A program made the position numbers and the translations under genes. A model generated the notes under the pieces. That model had not been told where the DNA came from and did no database searches. It was given only the letters and a program-made list of their open reading frames with translations. Shown piece by piece: positions 1 through 10,149 of a stretch of DNA of 64,000 bases (position 1 is its first letter; each line of letters begins with the position of its first letter). The DNA comes from Myxococcota bacterium (GTDB lineage: Bacteria; Myxococcota_A; UBA9160; UBA6930): the NCBI GenBank assembly GCA_965223705.1, contig OZ245015.1, positions 4,000,001-4,064,000 of the forward strand. Direction: 5' to 3'.

Positions 1-344
1 ACGCGCAGATGCGATTCGAAATCCGCAACGCGCATCGGGCGCTGGCCCATGGCGCGCATCGCGGTATTACCGGTGCCGAGGCCCAAGAACGTTCGCCCGG
101 GCGCGATGGCGTTGATGGTAGCGATGCCGTTCGCGGTGACCGGCGCCATGCGTAGCGCTGGAATCGCGACTCCCGGGCCGACAGAGATTCGCTCGGTTCG
201 ATCGGCCACGAGTGCGAGCACCGCCCACAGATTCGAGCGGATCATCGGGCTGTCCCACACCCAACAAAAGTCATAGCCCGCTCGCTCAGCGCGAACGGCG
301 AGATCCACCTCGCGAATTTGGCTGACCGTGATACCGAATTTCAT
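1..344 (-). CDS. LLM-class flavin/F420-dependent oxidoreductase (5' part; runs off the window start)
   Basis: Not in the ORF track. Manual translation from ATG at 344: MKFGITVSQIREVDLAVRAERAGYDFCWVWDSPMIRSNLWAVLALVADRTERISVGPGVAIPALRMAPVTANGIATINAIAPGRTFLGLGTG, a typical luciferase-like/Mer N-terminus. Confidence 0.85.
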   Translation of the reverse strand, partial: MKFGITVSQIREVDLAVRAERAGYDFCWVWDSPMIRSNLWAVLALVADRTERISVGPGVAIPALRMAPVTANGIATINAIAPGRTFLGLGTGNTAMRAMGQRPMRVADFESHLR

Positions 345-351
345 GGTTGCG

Positions 352-1242
352 CTACCGACCCCGTCCGAGCGTTTTGGCAAGCCTGCGATATTCGTCGGCC
401 CAAACCGAGGTCGGGCGCCACGCGAGCCCCAGAGTCCGGTGGGGCACCGGCCGAACGAACGGCACGATCATAACGCCCCGGGTCCGCCCCTCCCTCGCAA
501 GCGATATCTCGGGAAGCAGCGTGATACCGACGCCGCTCGCGACCATCTGCACCAACGTCGGGAGGCTCGTCGCCCGAAACGCTTCTCGCTCGCCGCTTTC
601 TCGCGCCCAGCGACACACGGAGAGCACTTGGTCTCGAAGACAGTGACCGTCCGACAGAAGCAGAAGATCTTCCTGTTCGAGATCGCTCTCACGCAGCCAC
701 TTCCGCGATGACAACGGGTGCGTCTCGGGCAAGACGACCGAGAATGCGTCGCTCGTCACGGGCTCGGTTTCGAGACCCTGAAGACCCGCTTCAAGGGCCA
801 GGAGCAGCACGTCGAGTCTCCCTGCTTGAATCTCTGCTACGAGAGACTCGGTCTGTGCTTCGACGATTTCGATCGAGATGTCGGAGTACGCGGACCGGAT
901 CTTCGGGATCGCTGTTGGCAGCAGGTACGGAGCGACGGTCGGAATGACGCCCAGCCGCAGTCGACCCGAAAAGGGTTTCCCCCAGCCACGTGCGGCTTCC
1001 TCCAGAGCCCGCGCGTCCGCGAGGAGAGCCCGCGCGCGGGACACGAGGGCTTGCCCAGCGGCAGTGAGCGCGACGGGCTTGCTGCGCTCAAACAGCACTG
1101 TGCCAAGAGCGCTCTCGAGCTGGCGCACCTGAAGACTCAACCCGGGCTGGGTGACCGCACACGCGGCGGCGGCCGCGCGGAAGCTTCCGTGATCGGCAAC
1201 CGCGACCACGTATTCGAGTTGGCGCAAGGTGGGTGCGATCAA
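352..1242 (-). CDS. oxyR: OxyR-type LysR regulator (hydrogen peroxide-inducible genes activator)
   Basis: LysR HTH (TLRQLEYVVAVADHGSFRAAA..VTQPGLS), redox motif GHCLRDQVLSVC with both Cys, divergent from dps. Confidence 0.88.
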   Translation of the reverse strand: MIAPTLRQLEYVVAVADHGSFRAAAAACAVTQPGLSLQVRQLESALGTVLFERSKPVALTAAGQALVSRARALLADARALEEAARGWGKPFSGRLRLGVIPTVAPYLLPTAIPKIRSAYSDISIEIVEAQTESLVAEIQAGRLDVLLLALEAGLQGLETEPVTSDAFSVVLPETHPLSSRKWLRESDLEQEDLLLLSDGHCLRDQVLSVCRWARESGEREAFRATSLPTLVQMVASGVGITLLPEISLAREGRTRGVMIVPFVRPVPHRTLGLAWRPTSVWADEYRRLAKTLGRGR

Positions 1243-1300
1243 TATAACTAATCATTATATAAAACTTATGATCAATCAATTGGACTAATATTACCAGATT
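1238..1300. promoter_or_regulatory. AT-rich divergent oxyR/dps promoter region, probable OxyR operator
   Basis: Markedly AT-rich patch (gatcaatataactaatcattatataaaacttatgatcaatcaattggactaatatt) in a GC-rich window, between divergent oxyR and dps; contains ATAA/TTAT-type half sites. Confidence 0.6.
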
Positions 1301-1355
1301 GCCGATTCTTTCTTCATAGGGTCGATAACCGAGTCGATTGAGAAGAAAGGAAGCC

Positions 1356-1805
1356 ATGTCGGATCGCAACACGAAAGAGATCACGGATACCCTGAGCCAC
1401 CTCTTGGCGGACAGCTACACCCTGTACTTGAAGACGCACAACTATCATTGGAACGTCACCGGGCCGATGTTCACCACATTGCACACGCTCTTCGAGACGG
1501 AGTACACCGAGCTCGCTTTGGCCGTCGACGAGATCGCGGAGCGGATCCGCGCCGTCGGAGCGCCGGCGCCGGGGACCTACCGGGAATTCGCAGAGCTGTC
1601 CTCCATCGCCGAGGACACTGAGACTCCGGACGCGAAAACCATGATCCGGAATCTCGTGGCGGATCAAGAAACCGTTGCGAGCGCCGCGAGACGCGTCATT
1701 GAAGCTGCTGAGGCAGCGGGGGACCAGGCGAGTGCCGACCTCGGTGTGCGCCGAATCGAGGTCCACGAAAAAAACGCCTGGATGCTGCGAAGCCACCTCG
1801 AATAA
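1356..1805 (+). CDS. dps: DNA starvation/stationary phase protection protein (Dps, ferritin-like)
   Basis: LYLKTHNYHWNVTGPMF..LH..FE and DEIAERI signatures; AAGGAAG RBS before ATG 1356. Confidence 0.95.
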   Translation: MSDRNTKEITDTLSHLLADSYTLYLKTHNYHWNVTGPMFTTLHTLFETEYTELALAVDEIAERIRAVGAPAPGTYREFAELSSIAEDTETPDAKTMIRNLVADQETVASAARRVIEAAEAAGDQASADLGVRRIEVHEKNAWMLRSHLE

Positions 1806-1892
1806 ACGAGGACGAAGCGAATTACGGTAGGCTCCCGCGCCGACCAGCGGCTAGCGAGCAGTCGCTGATGCATCGCGTGCGATACTTCCCAC

Positions 1893-3728
1893 ATGGAATG
1901 GGTATCGCGCGCGATCGACTGGGCGAACCAGAATGAAGGGCTCCTCCAAGCCTTGGCGATGCTGGGCGGGATCGCGGCCTTGCTCATTTCCCTGAAGCAT
2001 CAGCGCGATGAAGCTGCCGCACGCGCTCAGGCGGAGCAAGTAGTGCCTTCGCAGTTGATCGTGCGACCGCGACCCGAGGATGTCGACACGCTGACCGCGA
2101 TCGCCAGCGGTTTCGGTGGTGTTGAGACCCGGGCTGACGACGACATAGTCGCGGTCTTTGCGGACGCGGACGAAGCCGCGCGCGCCGCGCTCCGGATTCA
2201 ATCTCGATTCGGTGGAACAGGGCGCGAGATTTTGCTCCTCGAGCGATCGGCACCGATCCCCTTGACGCGAGATGATTGCCAGGGCGCCGTACGAGCGACC
2301 GCCGGGATCCGGAGGGCTTTGCGCGATGCCAAGGATCTTCGCGTCCGCGAACAAGGTCCCGCTGCCTTTCCGTTTGTCGTCCGAGCCGCGACGCCGGTGG
2401 ACGCGCTTCGACCCTGGCTCCTGCCGACCATGGGACTTGCCCTACTCATCGCAGGTTTGGTGTGGCTCGGCTCGGCCCACCCTCGACGGTTCGAAGGATT
2501 CTCTGGCCCCGCAATCGCCGTCCTTCCTTTCCATAATCTGAGTGGCGACCCCGAGCAGGACTTGTTGGCGCGTGGCTTGGTGGAGGACCTCACCACGCGC
2601 CTCGCGCGGTGGCGGCACTTCCCGGTCATCGGACGAAACTCGATCGTCGAGTTCGCAACACAGGAGCCGGAGCGTCACGCCGGCGCTGTTCGGGAGCAAC
2701 TGGGCGCGGACTATTTTGTGGAGGGCAGTATTCGGCGCGCTGCAGACGTGGTTCGAATCACCGCAAAGCTTGTCGAGGTACGTTCGAGGAGTCACGTCTG
2801 GGCTGAAACCTACGATCGGCCGTACGGCGCGCTCCTCGCGATCCAAGACGAAATCAGCCAAGCGATCGCCGCGACACTGATTTCGAACCTGGGGGAGCTC
2901 GAGGGCCGCCGAGCGTCGCTGCAAAACCCGGAAGACCTGGACGCCTGGAGCAATACCCAACGGGGGTGGTGGCACTTCTACCGTGAGACGCCAGAAGACA
3001 ACGCGCTCGCTCGAGAGTTTTTCGAGCGGGCGATCGAGCAGGATCCGTCATGGGGTCAACCTCACGCCGGCGTGTCCCTGACTCACTATAAAGATCGCGC
3101 CCATCTCTGGAGCGACGCTCCGGGTCAGTCTCTCGACCGACTTGTCGCGTTCGCCCGACGCGCGGTCGAGATCGATGGGAACGACGCGTCCGCCCACCAC
3201 GCGTTAGGTCACGCCTACGCGATGTCGGGCCTGACGGGACGCATGATCGGGGCCTTCGCGCGCAGCGTAGAGATCAACCCGAGCGATCCCATGGCGAACA
3301 ATTGCCTAGGAGCACATCTCGGACACGTCGGAGAGACCGATCGAGCGATTGGGCACCTGCGACGAGCATTGGACCTGAGTCCCCAGGATCCGCGCGCTCC
3401 GCTGTTCCTGACCAATCTTGCGTCCGCCTATTTTTCGGCCGGTGAGTACGAGGGTGCTTTGAAATGGGCCGAAAAGAGCATCGCGCGACAGCCGGGTACG
3501 AATGCCTACCAGATCCTTGTCGCGAGCTTGGCGTACTTGAACCGCCTCGAAGATGCCGAGACGGCGCTGGTAGAACTCACGCGCCTCTATCCCAACTTGT
3601 CCCCTGCAGCCATTCGCCAGTATTACGCCGCGGCTAGGCCCGAACATGCTACGCGAGTCATCGAGGGCTTGAAACTCGCCGGCTGGATCCCCCCCAAAGA
3701 TTCAGGCGGCGTGTATCCTCAAATGTAA
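1893..3728 (+). CDS. Membrane protein with degenerate adenylate cyclase-like domain, TolB-like domain and TPR repeats
   Basis: IAVLPFHNLSGDPEQD..GLVEDLTTRL TolB-like motif, C-terminal TPRs, two hydrophobic segments, cyclase-like DDIVAVF..A.RAALRIQ segment. Confidence 0.75.
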   Translation: MEWVSRAIDWANQNEGLLQALAMLGGIAALLISLKHQRDEAAARAQAEQVVPSQLIVRPRPEDVDTLTAIASGFGGVETRADDDIVAVFADADEAARAALRIQSRFGGTGREILLLERSAPIPLTRDDCQGAVRATAGIRRALRDAKDLRVREQGPAAFPFVVRAATPVDALRPWLLPTMGLALLIAGLVWLGSAHPRRFEGFSGPAIAVLPFHNLSGDPEQDLLARGLVEDLTTRLARWRHFPVIGRNSIVEFATQEPERHAGAVREQLGADYFVEGSIRRAADVVRITAKLVEVRSRSHVWAETYDRPYGALLAIQDEISQAIAATLISNLGELEGRRASLQNPEDLDAWSNTQRGWWHFYRETPEDNALAREFFERAIEQDPSWGQPHAGVSLTHYKDRAHLWSDAPGQSLDRLVAFARRAVEIDGNDASAHHALGHAYAMSGLTGRMIGAFARSVEINPSDPMANNCLGAHLGHVGETDRAIGHLRRALDLSPQDPRAPLFLTNLASAYFSAGEYEGALKWAEKSIARQPGTNAYQILVASLAYLNRLEDAETALVELTRLYPNLSPAAIRQYYAAARPEHATRVIEGLKLAGWIPPKDSGGVYPQM

Positions 3729-3759
3729 GATCGTCACACACGAACCAACGGGAGGCCCC

Positions 3760-4212
3760 ATGAAACTCGCGACCGTCGTAGCGATAGTGTTTGCAGCGAT
3801 CTCCTCACAAGCCAGCGATGTCGACGATGTGAATACCGCCGCGGACCGCCTCCGCGCTGCGTTCAATGAAAACAGCGCAGAGGCAGCGGTGCTCTTCGCG
3901 TCTGAGAATTTCCTCGGCTTCTTCGACCCCGTCCCCGTGTTGAACTCCGGCGAAGCCGGGTTCAAGCAGTTCCTCGGCGGGCAGTTCGAATTCACAGAAA
4001 AGGTCCAAATGATTCCCACCGGACCACGAACAACCCGCGTCACGGGCTCGACCGCGGTCATCGCCCAAGGTGAGCTGTTTTTCTGGAAGCCGATCGACGG
4101 CGGAGCGGAGTCGATGTTTACCAACTCACTTCAGACATGGACCAAGACTCCCGAAGGTTGGTTGCTCACCGGTTGGATGACGACCAGGCTGCCCCACGGC
4201 TCGGCTCCCTGA
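3760..4212 (+). CDS. Secreted NTF2-like/DUF4440-type protein
   Basis: GGAGG RBS, signal peptide, C-terminal W.KT.EGWL typical of the NTF2-like fold. Confidence 0.6.
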   Translation: MKLATVVAIVFAAISSQASDVDDVNTAADRLRAAFNENSAEAAVLFASENFLGFFDPVPVLNSGEAGFKQFLGGQFEFTEKVQMIPTGPRTTRVTGSTAVIAQGELFFWKPIDGGAESMFTNSLQTWTKTPEGWLLTGWMTTRLPHGSAP

Positions 4213-4222
4213 CCGTCGAGCC

Positions 4223-4504
4223 ATGAAAACGCTTCCGCCTGACGCCGTTCCCTACAAGCGAACCACCGAATTTACGGAAGCCACGGTTCCAGCGGGCCTC
4301 CGACAAGGTCATCAAACGCGAGCTTCGGTGTGGGGCCGCATCCAGGTGATCTCGGGGTCTCTGCTCTACCGTATTCTCGAGGAGCCCACGGGCGAGTACG
4401 TTCTCGACTCATCGAAGAGTGGCGTGATCGAACCGGAGGTCACACACGAGATCGAGTTGCGGGGTCCAGTGCGCTTCTACATCGAGTTTCTGCGAAGCCC
4501 GTAG
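4223..4504 (+). CDS. DUF1971-family cupin (TehB N-terminal-like)
   Basis: YKRT.EFTE.TVP.GL...H.T...VWG and FYIEF pattern. Confidence 0.8.
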   Translation: MKTLPPDAVPYKRTTEFTEATVPAGLRQGHQTRASVWGRIQVISGSLLYRILEEPTGEYVLDSSKSGVIEPEVTHEIELRGPVRFYIEFLRSP

Positions 4505-4507
4505 GCA

Positions 4508-5188
4508 ATGCGACAACTCGATGCGGATCTATGGGTAGGGGAGTCACCGCTTCGATTCGCGGGGCTTTCAATCGGGGCGCGGATGACGGTGGTGCGACTT
4601 CCCGACGACGAGCTGTGGGTGCACTCGCCGATTCCCTTGACGGACGCACTCTTCGGCGAGGTGGCGTCGTTGGGGCGCGTCTCGCACCTGGTGGCGCCGA
4701 ACCGCTTTCACCATTTGTCCGTGTCCTCCTGGCGTGATGCGTTCCCCGAAGCGGTTGTACACGTGGCGCCCGATCTACTGGATAAACGCCCGGATCTCGC
4801 AGCTGCCAAGGTGCTCGACGAAGCCAGCCGCGCGTCTTGGTCGGGCGGACTCGAACAAGTCGTCGTGCAAGGGATGCCCCTCATCAACGAAGTCGTGTTC
4901 TTCCACGCATCGTCCACCACGCTCATCGCAACGGATCTCGCTTTCAATATTGGATCGACCAGCCCTCCCCTCACGCGCGCGGTGTTTCGCTTCATCGGCT
5001 CCTACGGTCGTTTGTCGCCTTCGTTCGTCGAACGGGTGCTGGTTCGAGATCGAGCTGCGTTCCGAAAGTCGCTCGAACAGATACTCTCGTGGCCCTTCGA
5101 GCGCGTCATCGTCGCCCACGGCGGGGTATCCGAAACGGGAGGACGCAGCGAGCTCGAACGCGGCTACGCATGGGTGCTCGAGAAATAA
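4508..5188 (+). CDS. DUF4336-family protein (metallo-beta-lactamase-like)
   Basis: RMTVVRL..LWVHSP, VAPNRFHHL, EVVFFH, IVAHG motifs. Confidence 0.85.
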   Translation: MRQLDADLWVGESPLRFAGLSIGARMTVVRLPDDELWVHSPIPLTDALFGEVASLGRVSHLVAPNRFHHLSVSSWRDAFPEAVVHVAPDLLDKRPDLAAAKVLDEASRASWSGGLEQVVVQGMPLINEVVFFHASSTTLIATDLAFNIGSTSPPLTRAVFRFIGSYGRLSPSFVERVLVRDRAAFRKSLEQILSWPFERVIVAHGGVSETGGRSELERGYAWVLEK

Positions 5189-5934
5189 TGCCCAGGGTCC
5201 TCGTCTTTCAGCACGTCGCTTACGAGCCTCTGTGTACCTTGAATCCACTGTTGAAGAGTTACGGGCTCCGCATCAAATACGTCAACTTCAGTCGCGACCG
5301 AGACGCGCGGCCGGCGGTAGAGAACTACGACGGGCTGGTCGTCCTCGGTGGGCCGATGAGCGTGGACGACACCGACGCATTTCCCCACCTCCGCTTCGAA
5401 CTCGAGCAGATCGAAGAAGCGATGCGACGCGAGCTGCCCGTTCTCGGCGTATGCCTGGGTTCCCAATTGATCGCTAAATCACTCGGCGCACGCGTGATGG
5501 CGAACGCGATCAAGGAGATCGGTTGGTATGACCTGGTACCGACCGAAGCGGGGAAGACCGACCCTATGTTTCAACATTTCTCGGAAACGGAAAAAGTGTT
5601 CCAGTGGCACGGCGACACGTTCCAGTTACCCGCGGGTTGCGTTCACCTCGCCCAAGGATCGACGTGTGCGAATCAGGCGTTTCGCTACGCCGAGAACGTG
5701 TACGGTCTGCAGTTTCACATGGAGGTCGACGAGCCCATGATCGGACGGTGGCTCGACAACCCGGCCCTTGCCGGAGAAATCGCCGGCGAGGGGGGGCGCA
5801 TCGACCCCGCCGAGATCCGGCGACAAACGCCGCGACACATCGGGCGCTTGCGGCAACTGAGTGACGCGGCGTTCAGCGAGTTCGCCGAGATGTTTGGCCC
5901 GGTGCGGCGACGCGCTCCGCACCCTCACGGCTAG
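5188..5934 (+). CDS. Class I glutamine amidotransferase (GMP synthase-like)
   Basis: LGVCLGSQ nucleophile elbow and GLQFHME His-Glu; start ATG overlaps the upstream TAA (TAATG). Confidence 0.9.
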   Translation: MPRVLVFQHVAYEPLCTLNPLLKSYGLRIKYVNFSRDRDARPAVENYDGLVVLGGPMSVDDTDAFPHLRFELEQIEEAMRRELPVLGVCLGSQLIAKSLGARVMANAIKEIGWYDLVPTEAGKTDPMFQHFSETEKVFQWHGDTFQLPAGCVHLAQGSTCANQAFRYAENVYGLQFHMEVDEPMIGRWLDNPALAGEIAGEGGRIDPAEIRRQTPRHIGRLRQLSDAAFSEFAEMFGPVRRRAPHPHG

Positions 5935-5973
5935 CTCGCGCGCTCGCCACGATCACTGGTAGGCTTCGGCGCG

Positions 5974-7557
5974 ATGTCTCTCCTCGGTTGGTCGTGGTTG
6001 TTCCTCACCTTTTATGTCGGCGCGATGCTCGGCTTCGGGTGGTACGCGAGTCAGCGGGTCCGCGATGCCGACGATTTCGCTACGGCGCGCGGCGCCTACG
6101 GACCCGGTTTTCTCGCGCTGGCGTTCGCGGCGAGTACCGCGAGCGGGGCGACGTTTCTCGGTAGCCCGGGCCTGGGGTACAAGTACGGCGTCGCGTCGAT
6201 GTGGAGCAAGTTCCTGTATCCCGCCGGCGTCTACCTGGGCGTTCTTATTTCGATCCGTTTGGTGGCATCGGCGGGCAACGCGTTCGGGAACCGATCGATC
6301 CCCGAATACTTGGGAGATCGGTACCAAAGCGACGGTGTTCGGATCCTTGTCTCTCTCCTTTCTCTCGTCCTCTTTTTCTATATCGCTGGTCAACTCGTCT
6401 CCGGCCTCGTGATGTTCGAAACGATGCTCGGGCTCGAACCCATCGCAGCGCTCGCCATCACGACGGCGGTACTCCTGATCTACGTCGTTCTAGGCGGTGC
6501 GCACGCGGACATCCTGACCGATGGTGTGCAGGGCTTCATGATGCTGCTCGTCGCGGTTGTGACGATCGGGCTTTTTGTAACGGGTTTCGGTGTGGACGGT
6601 GGAATCGGCTCTCTGCTGCCACGCTTGGCGACTCTCGACGAGGATCTGACGGGCCTTCTCAACACCTCGACGCCGCTCTATCACTCGTGGTGGTCCATTG
6701 TCTGCGTGCCGCTCGCGTGTATTCCCCTCGGCATGCTGCCGCACGTAGGCAATAAAGTTTGGGCTCTTCGGAACGATCGAGACCGCGGCCGTTTCGTCAA
6801 ACTCGCCTTTGGCGTCGGACTGGCGCTGGGCCTGATGGGGCTCGGGGGGATTCTCGCGCGCGCTGTGCTGGGCGACGTCCTTCTCGAGGCGGGTCGGAGC
6901 GCGAACGAGGCGTTGCCGCAACTGTTCATCGCTCTTTTCCCGACCTGGCTAGCCGCCCTGGTCGGCGTCGGCATCTTGGCGGCGATCATGTCGACGGCCG
7001 ATGGCCTCGTGGTCTCGTCATCCCAAGTGATCGCGAACGATCTGTATCGACGCTCTTACGTACCTCGCTTCCGCCCGGAGCTTTCGGAGGAGGAAGTCGA
7101 TCGACGCGTCCTCCGAATCTCGCGTGTGAGCACCGCCGTCACGCTCGTGGGATGCGCCGCACTCGCGTGGGCACTCATGGATATGAACATCGCCCTGTTG
7201 GTGTGGGTCGGTGCCGGAGGCCTGATGGCGGCGTTTGCCGGTCCCTTGGTGGTCGGCGCCCTGTGGCGCGGCGTTACCCGAGCCGGCGCCTTCGCGGGGC
7301 TGATCGCGGGAATGGGCACGTTCGTCGTGTTACACGGTCAGGTCCTCGAGCCCGCCTGGTTCGGTCCGGCGGAACCCGTCGTGGACTGGCTGCGCGGTGA
7401 AGGGCCCAATCCCTACTCCTGTGCGGCGCTCGGCGAGATCGCCTCGGTCGCGGCGACCTGGTCGATCTCCCTCGTGACGCGTCCGCTCGATCAGACCCAC
7501 ATACACCGGATGTTCGGCGAACCGAAAATGCGCCCTTCTGCAACCGGTACGGGTTAG
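5974..7557 (+). CDS. Sodium:solute symporter family protein
   Basis: About 13 hydrophobic helices; SGATFLG.PG, IPEYLGDRY, TDGVQG and AAIMSTAD SSS motifs. Confidence 0.9.
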   Translation: MSLLGWSWLFLTFYVGAMLGFGWYASQRVRDADDFATARGAYGPGFLALAFAASTASGATFLGSPGLGYKYGVASMWSKFLYPAGVYLGVLISIRLVASAGNAFGNRSIPEYLGDRYQSDGVRILVSLLSLVLFFYIAGQLVSGLVMFETMLGLEPIAALAITTAVLLIYVVLGGAHADILTDGVQGFMMLLVAVVTIGLFVTGFGVDGGIGSLLPRLATLDEDLTGLLNTSTPLYHSWWSIVCVPLACIPLGMLPHVGNKVWALRNDRDRGRFVKLAFGVGLALGLMGLGGILARAVLGDVLLEAGRSANEALPQLFIALFPTWLAALVGVGILAAIMSTADGLVVSSSQVIANDLYRRSYVPRFRPELSEEEVDRRVLRISRVSTAVTLVGCAALAWALMDMNIALLVWVGAGGLMAAFAGPLVVGALWRGVTRAGAFAGLIAGMGTFVVLHGQVLEPAWFGPAEPVVDWLRGEGPNPYSCAALGEIASVAATWSISLVTRPLDQTHIHRMFGEPKMRPSATGTG

Positions 7558-7596
7558 GGTATCCGGAAGCACCGTGGGTGCAGGAGGAGAAGAACG

Positions 7597-8481
7597 ATGA
7601 AGATCGGTTTTGGTTTCGTGGGGCCGGGCGCTGCGGCGGACCCCGAAGTTGTGTCGGTGATCGCGAAGACCTGCGAGGACTGCGGGTTCCACTCTCTTTG
7701 GGCTCCGGAACACATTGTCCTTCTCGACAAGTACGCGGCGAAGTACCCCTACACCCAAGACGGTGTAATGCCCTTCGAGACAATGGACGTCGACTTCCTC
7801 GATCCTTTCCTCGCGTTGACCTATGCCGCCGCCGTAACGGACACCATCCGAGTCGGCACCGGAATTTGCCTCGTCCCGGAACGACACCCCGTCGTGACGG
7901 CGAAGGAAGTCGCGAGCCTCGACAAGCTTTCGGGCGGACGCTTCGATTTCGGCATCGGGATCGGTTGGATGCGCGAGGAGTTCGAAGCGCTCGAGGTGCC
8001 GTGGCCCAAGCGCGCCCAACGGACCCGCGACTACCTAGCCGCCATGGAGGCCCTCTGGACCCAGGGCGAGAGTTCGCACAACGGTGAGTTTGCGAAGTTC
8101 TCTTCCGTTCGATCCTTCCCGAAGCCGGTCCAAAAACCCTATCCGCCGCTCATCTTCGGTGGCGAGAGCGAGCCGGCCCTGCGACGGGTCGCGGAGATCG
8201 GCGATGGTTGGTGGGGTGTCAACGTCACGCCAGATGCGGCGAAGACGCACCTGGGAACGATTCGGCAGCTGGCGAAAGACGCCGGGCGAGACGCCGATGC
8301 GCTCAGCTACGCCGTATCACCCCAACTCGGTGGGCCGGTGAGCCTCGAAGAGGTGAAGCAGTACGCCGACCTGGGCGTCGACCAGGTCATCGTCGGCGGA
8401 TTTGGCTCGAACGCGGATGAATACCGAGCGATGCTCGAATCGATTGCCGAATCGCTCGTCGCTCCGTCGGCGAGCCTCTAA
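7597..8481 (+). CDS. LLM-class probable F420-dependent oxidoreductase
   Basis: GFHSLWAPEH, LDPF..L..AAA.T..IRVGTG, LDKLSGGRF.FGIG.GW..EEF. Confidence 0.88.
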   Translation: MKIGFGFVGPGAAADPEVVSVIAKTCEDCGFHSLWAPEHIVLLDKYAAKYPYTQDGVMPFETMDVDFLDPFLALTYAAAVTDTIRVGTGICLVPERHPVVTAKEVASLDKLSGGRFDFGIGIGWMREEFEALEVPWPKRAQRTRDYLAAMEALWTQGESSHNGEFAKFSSVRSFPKPVQKPYPPLIFGGESEPALRRVAEIGDGWWGVNVTPDAAKTHLGTIRQLAKDAGRDADALSYAVSPQLGGPVSLEEVKQYADLGVDQVIVGGFGSNADEYRAMLESIAESLVAPSASL

Positions 8482-8549
8482 TCCGTCGGACCGGGTAGCG
8501 CGAAGCCCCGCTGGTTCGGCGCCCGAGAATTGGCGTAGCCTCCCAGGCT

Positions 8550-10067
8550 ATGGACCGACGGAAACTCGCGATTCGGTGTGTCGTCGCGGGTCTCATCGCC
8601 GTTCAACTCTGCCTTCTCTGGGGGGCGGTGCGTCCGTGGCTTCTCCCGGAGCCAACGCGGCAACAGCTGACGGATGTCGCAGCCCCTCCGCCAAAGGATC
8701 CGACACTTCCGGTTGCAACGGTTAGCGAGGACGACCCGTCTTCTGCTGAGATCGTCGGCGAGACGATGACGATCGAAGGCGTTGTGCGCGACGCGTCCGG
8801 TCGTCCGATTCCGAGCCTCGAGATCGTCGCCGAACGCCTACCCCTACCCGGCGAGCCGGGTGGGGCGGAGTTTCAAACGCTTGCAGACGCGAACGGACGC
8901 TTTCGCTTCGATTTCCTGCGCGCCGGCGAGTACGCAGTCCGCAACGAAGCCCGCGCTCCTTTCGCCGTGACCGAACGAGTCGTGCCGGCCGGATCCGGGG
9001 CACTCACGCTCGTCGTTCCCTTGCATCGGGAAATTGCGCTCGAGGGCTCTGTCACCGATCCCTCGAAGCGCGGCTTGAAGGGCGTGCGGGTGACCCCGTT
9101 GGGGCAGCCCGACGACGCGGTGTACACGAATCGCTCCGGCGAGTTCCGACTGCGCTTGGCTGCCGCTGGGGCGGACGCCTCTCGAACGTCGCTGCGCTTC
9201 CACCTCGGCGGATATCGTCCGGTCGAAATCGCGGTAGGCGATGACCCGGGGCCCATCGACGTGGTGCTCGAACGCAACTTACGCGGCGCCTCTGTTCGCG
9301 GTTCTCTTGTCGACGCGCAGCGGCACGAACCCGTGGGTCGTGCAGAAATCATCCTTCGCTCGCGCACAACGAGTGCCATCTACCGTGTCGACAGCTCGCC
9401 CGAGGGCGCCTTTGCCATCTCTGGCGTCGAGCTCGGCGAATATCGCGTCTCTGTAATTCCCCGTGGACCCTTCAAAACCCACACGATCGAAGAGCTGATG
9501 GTCGCCGCGGAGGGAGCGGAGTTGCGAATCGCGCTCGACCGACTCGACCGCGCACCGGTGAGGGGCCGGCTCGTCGACCGGTCCGGTCATCCAGTCCGGA
9601 ACTATCGTCTGTGGCTTGCGAGCCCCGAGGCTCCGACGGAGCGGGCGACCACGCTCGAAAGCGACGAACAGGGTGAGTTCCGAACCCGGGCGCCGGTCGG
9701 TCGCCTTCGCTTCTATACGCGAGCAGAACCCGCGCGTCACGTCGAATGGACTCGCGAATCGGTGAGCGACGACATTGAGCTCGTCATCGACGTAGGCGAA
9801 AACACCCTAGAAGGCCGCATAACGGACAGCGCTGGAGTCGGTATTGCCGGCGCCTCGGTCGAGCTTCGCTGGGCATACGCCTACGATGCGGTCGTCAGCC
9901 AATCCGTGCGGCGGACGGTTGGCGGTCCCGACGGCTACTTCGAATTCGAAGGCCTCGCAGACGACGCTTATTCGGCGCACGTCGAAGCCCGAGGTTACGA
10001 ACCGACCACCGTCAAACTCGATGTCACTCGCAGAGACCGCGCTCTCGTCGAACTCAAGCGGCGATGA
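8550..10067 (+). CDS. Membrane-anchored protein with repeated carboxypeptidase-regulatory-like beta-sandwich domains
   Basis: N-terminal TM, then about 5 repeats of G.V.D..G.P....V...T...G.F. Confidence 0.75.
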   Translation: MDRRKLAIRCVVAGLIAVQLCLLWGAVRPWLLPEPTRQQLTDVAAPPPKDPTLPVATVSEDDPSSAEIVGETMTIEGVVRDASGRPIPSLEIVAERLPLPGEPGGAEFQTLADANGRFRFDFLRAGEYAVRNEARAPFAVTERVVPAGSGALTLVVPLHREIALEGSVTDPSKRGLKGVRVTPLGQPDDAVYTNRSGEFRLRLAAAGADASRTSLRFHLGGYRPVEIAVGDDPGPIDVVLERNLRGASVRGSLVDAQRHEPVGRAEIILRSRTTSAIYRVDSSPEGAFAISGVELGEYRVSVIPRGPFKTHTIEELMVAAEGAELRIALDRLDRAPVRGRLVDRSGHPVRNYRLWLASPEAPTERATTLESDEQGEFRTRAPVGRLRFYTRAEPARHVEWTRESVSDDIELVIDVGENTLEGRITDSAGVGIAGASVELRWAYAYDAVVSQSVRRTVGGPDGYFEFEGLADDAYSAHVEARGYEPTTVKLDVTRRDRALVELKRR

Positions 10068-10149
10068 CACGCGCGCGTTTCTTCCCACGATTTTGGAGTC
10101 GCAGTCGCTACGATCACCTCAGACAAACACACCCCCGCGAGGTAACTGC

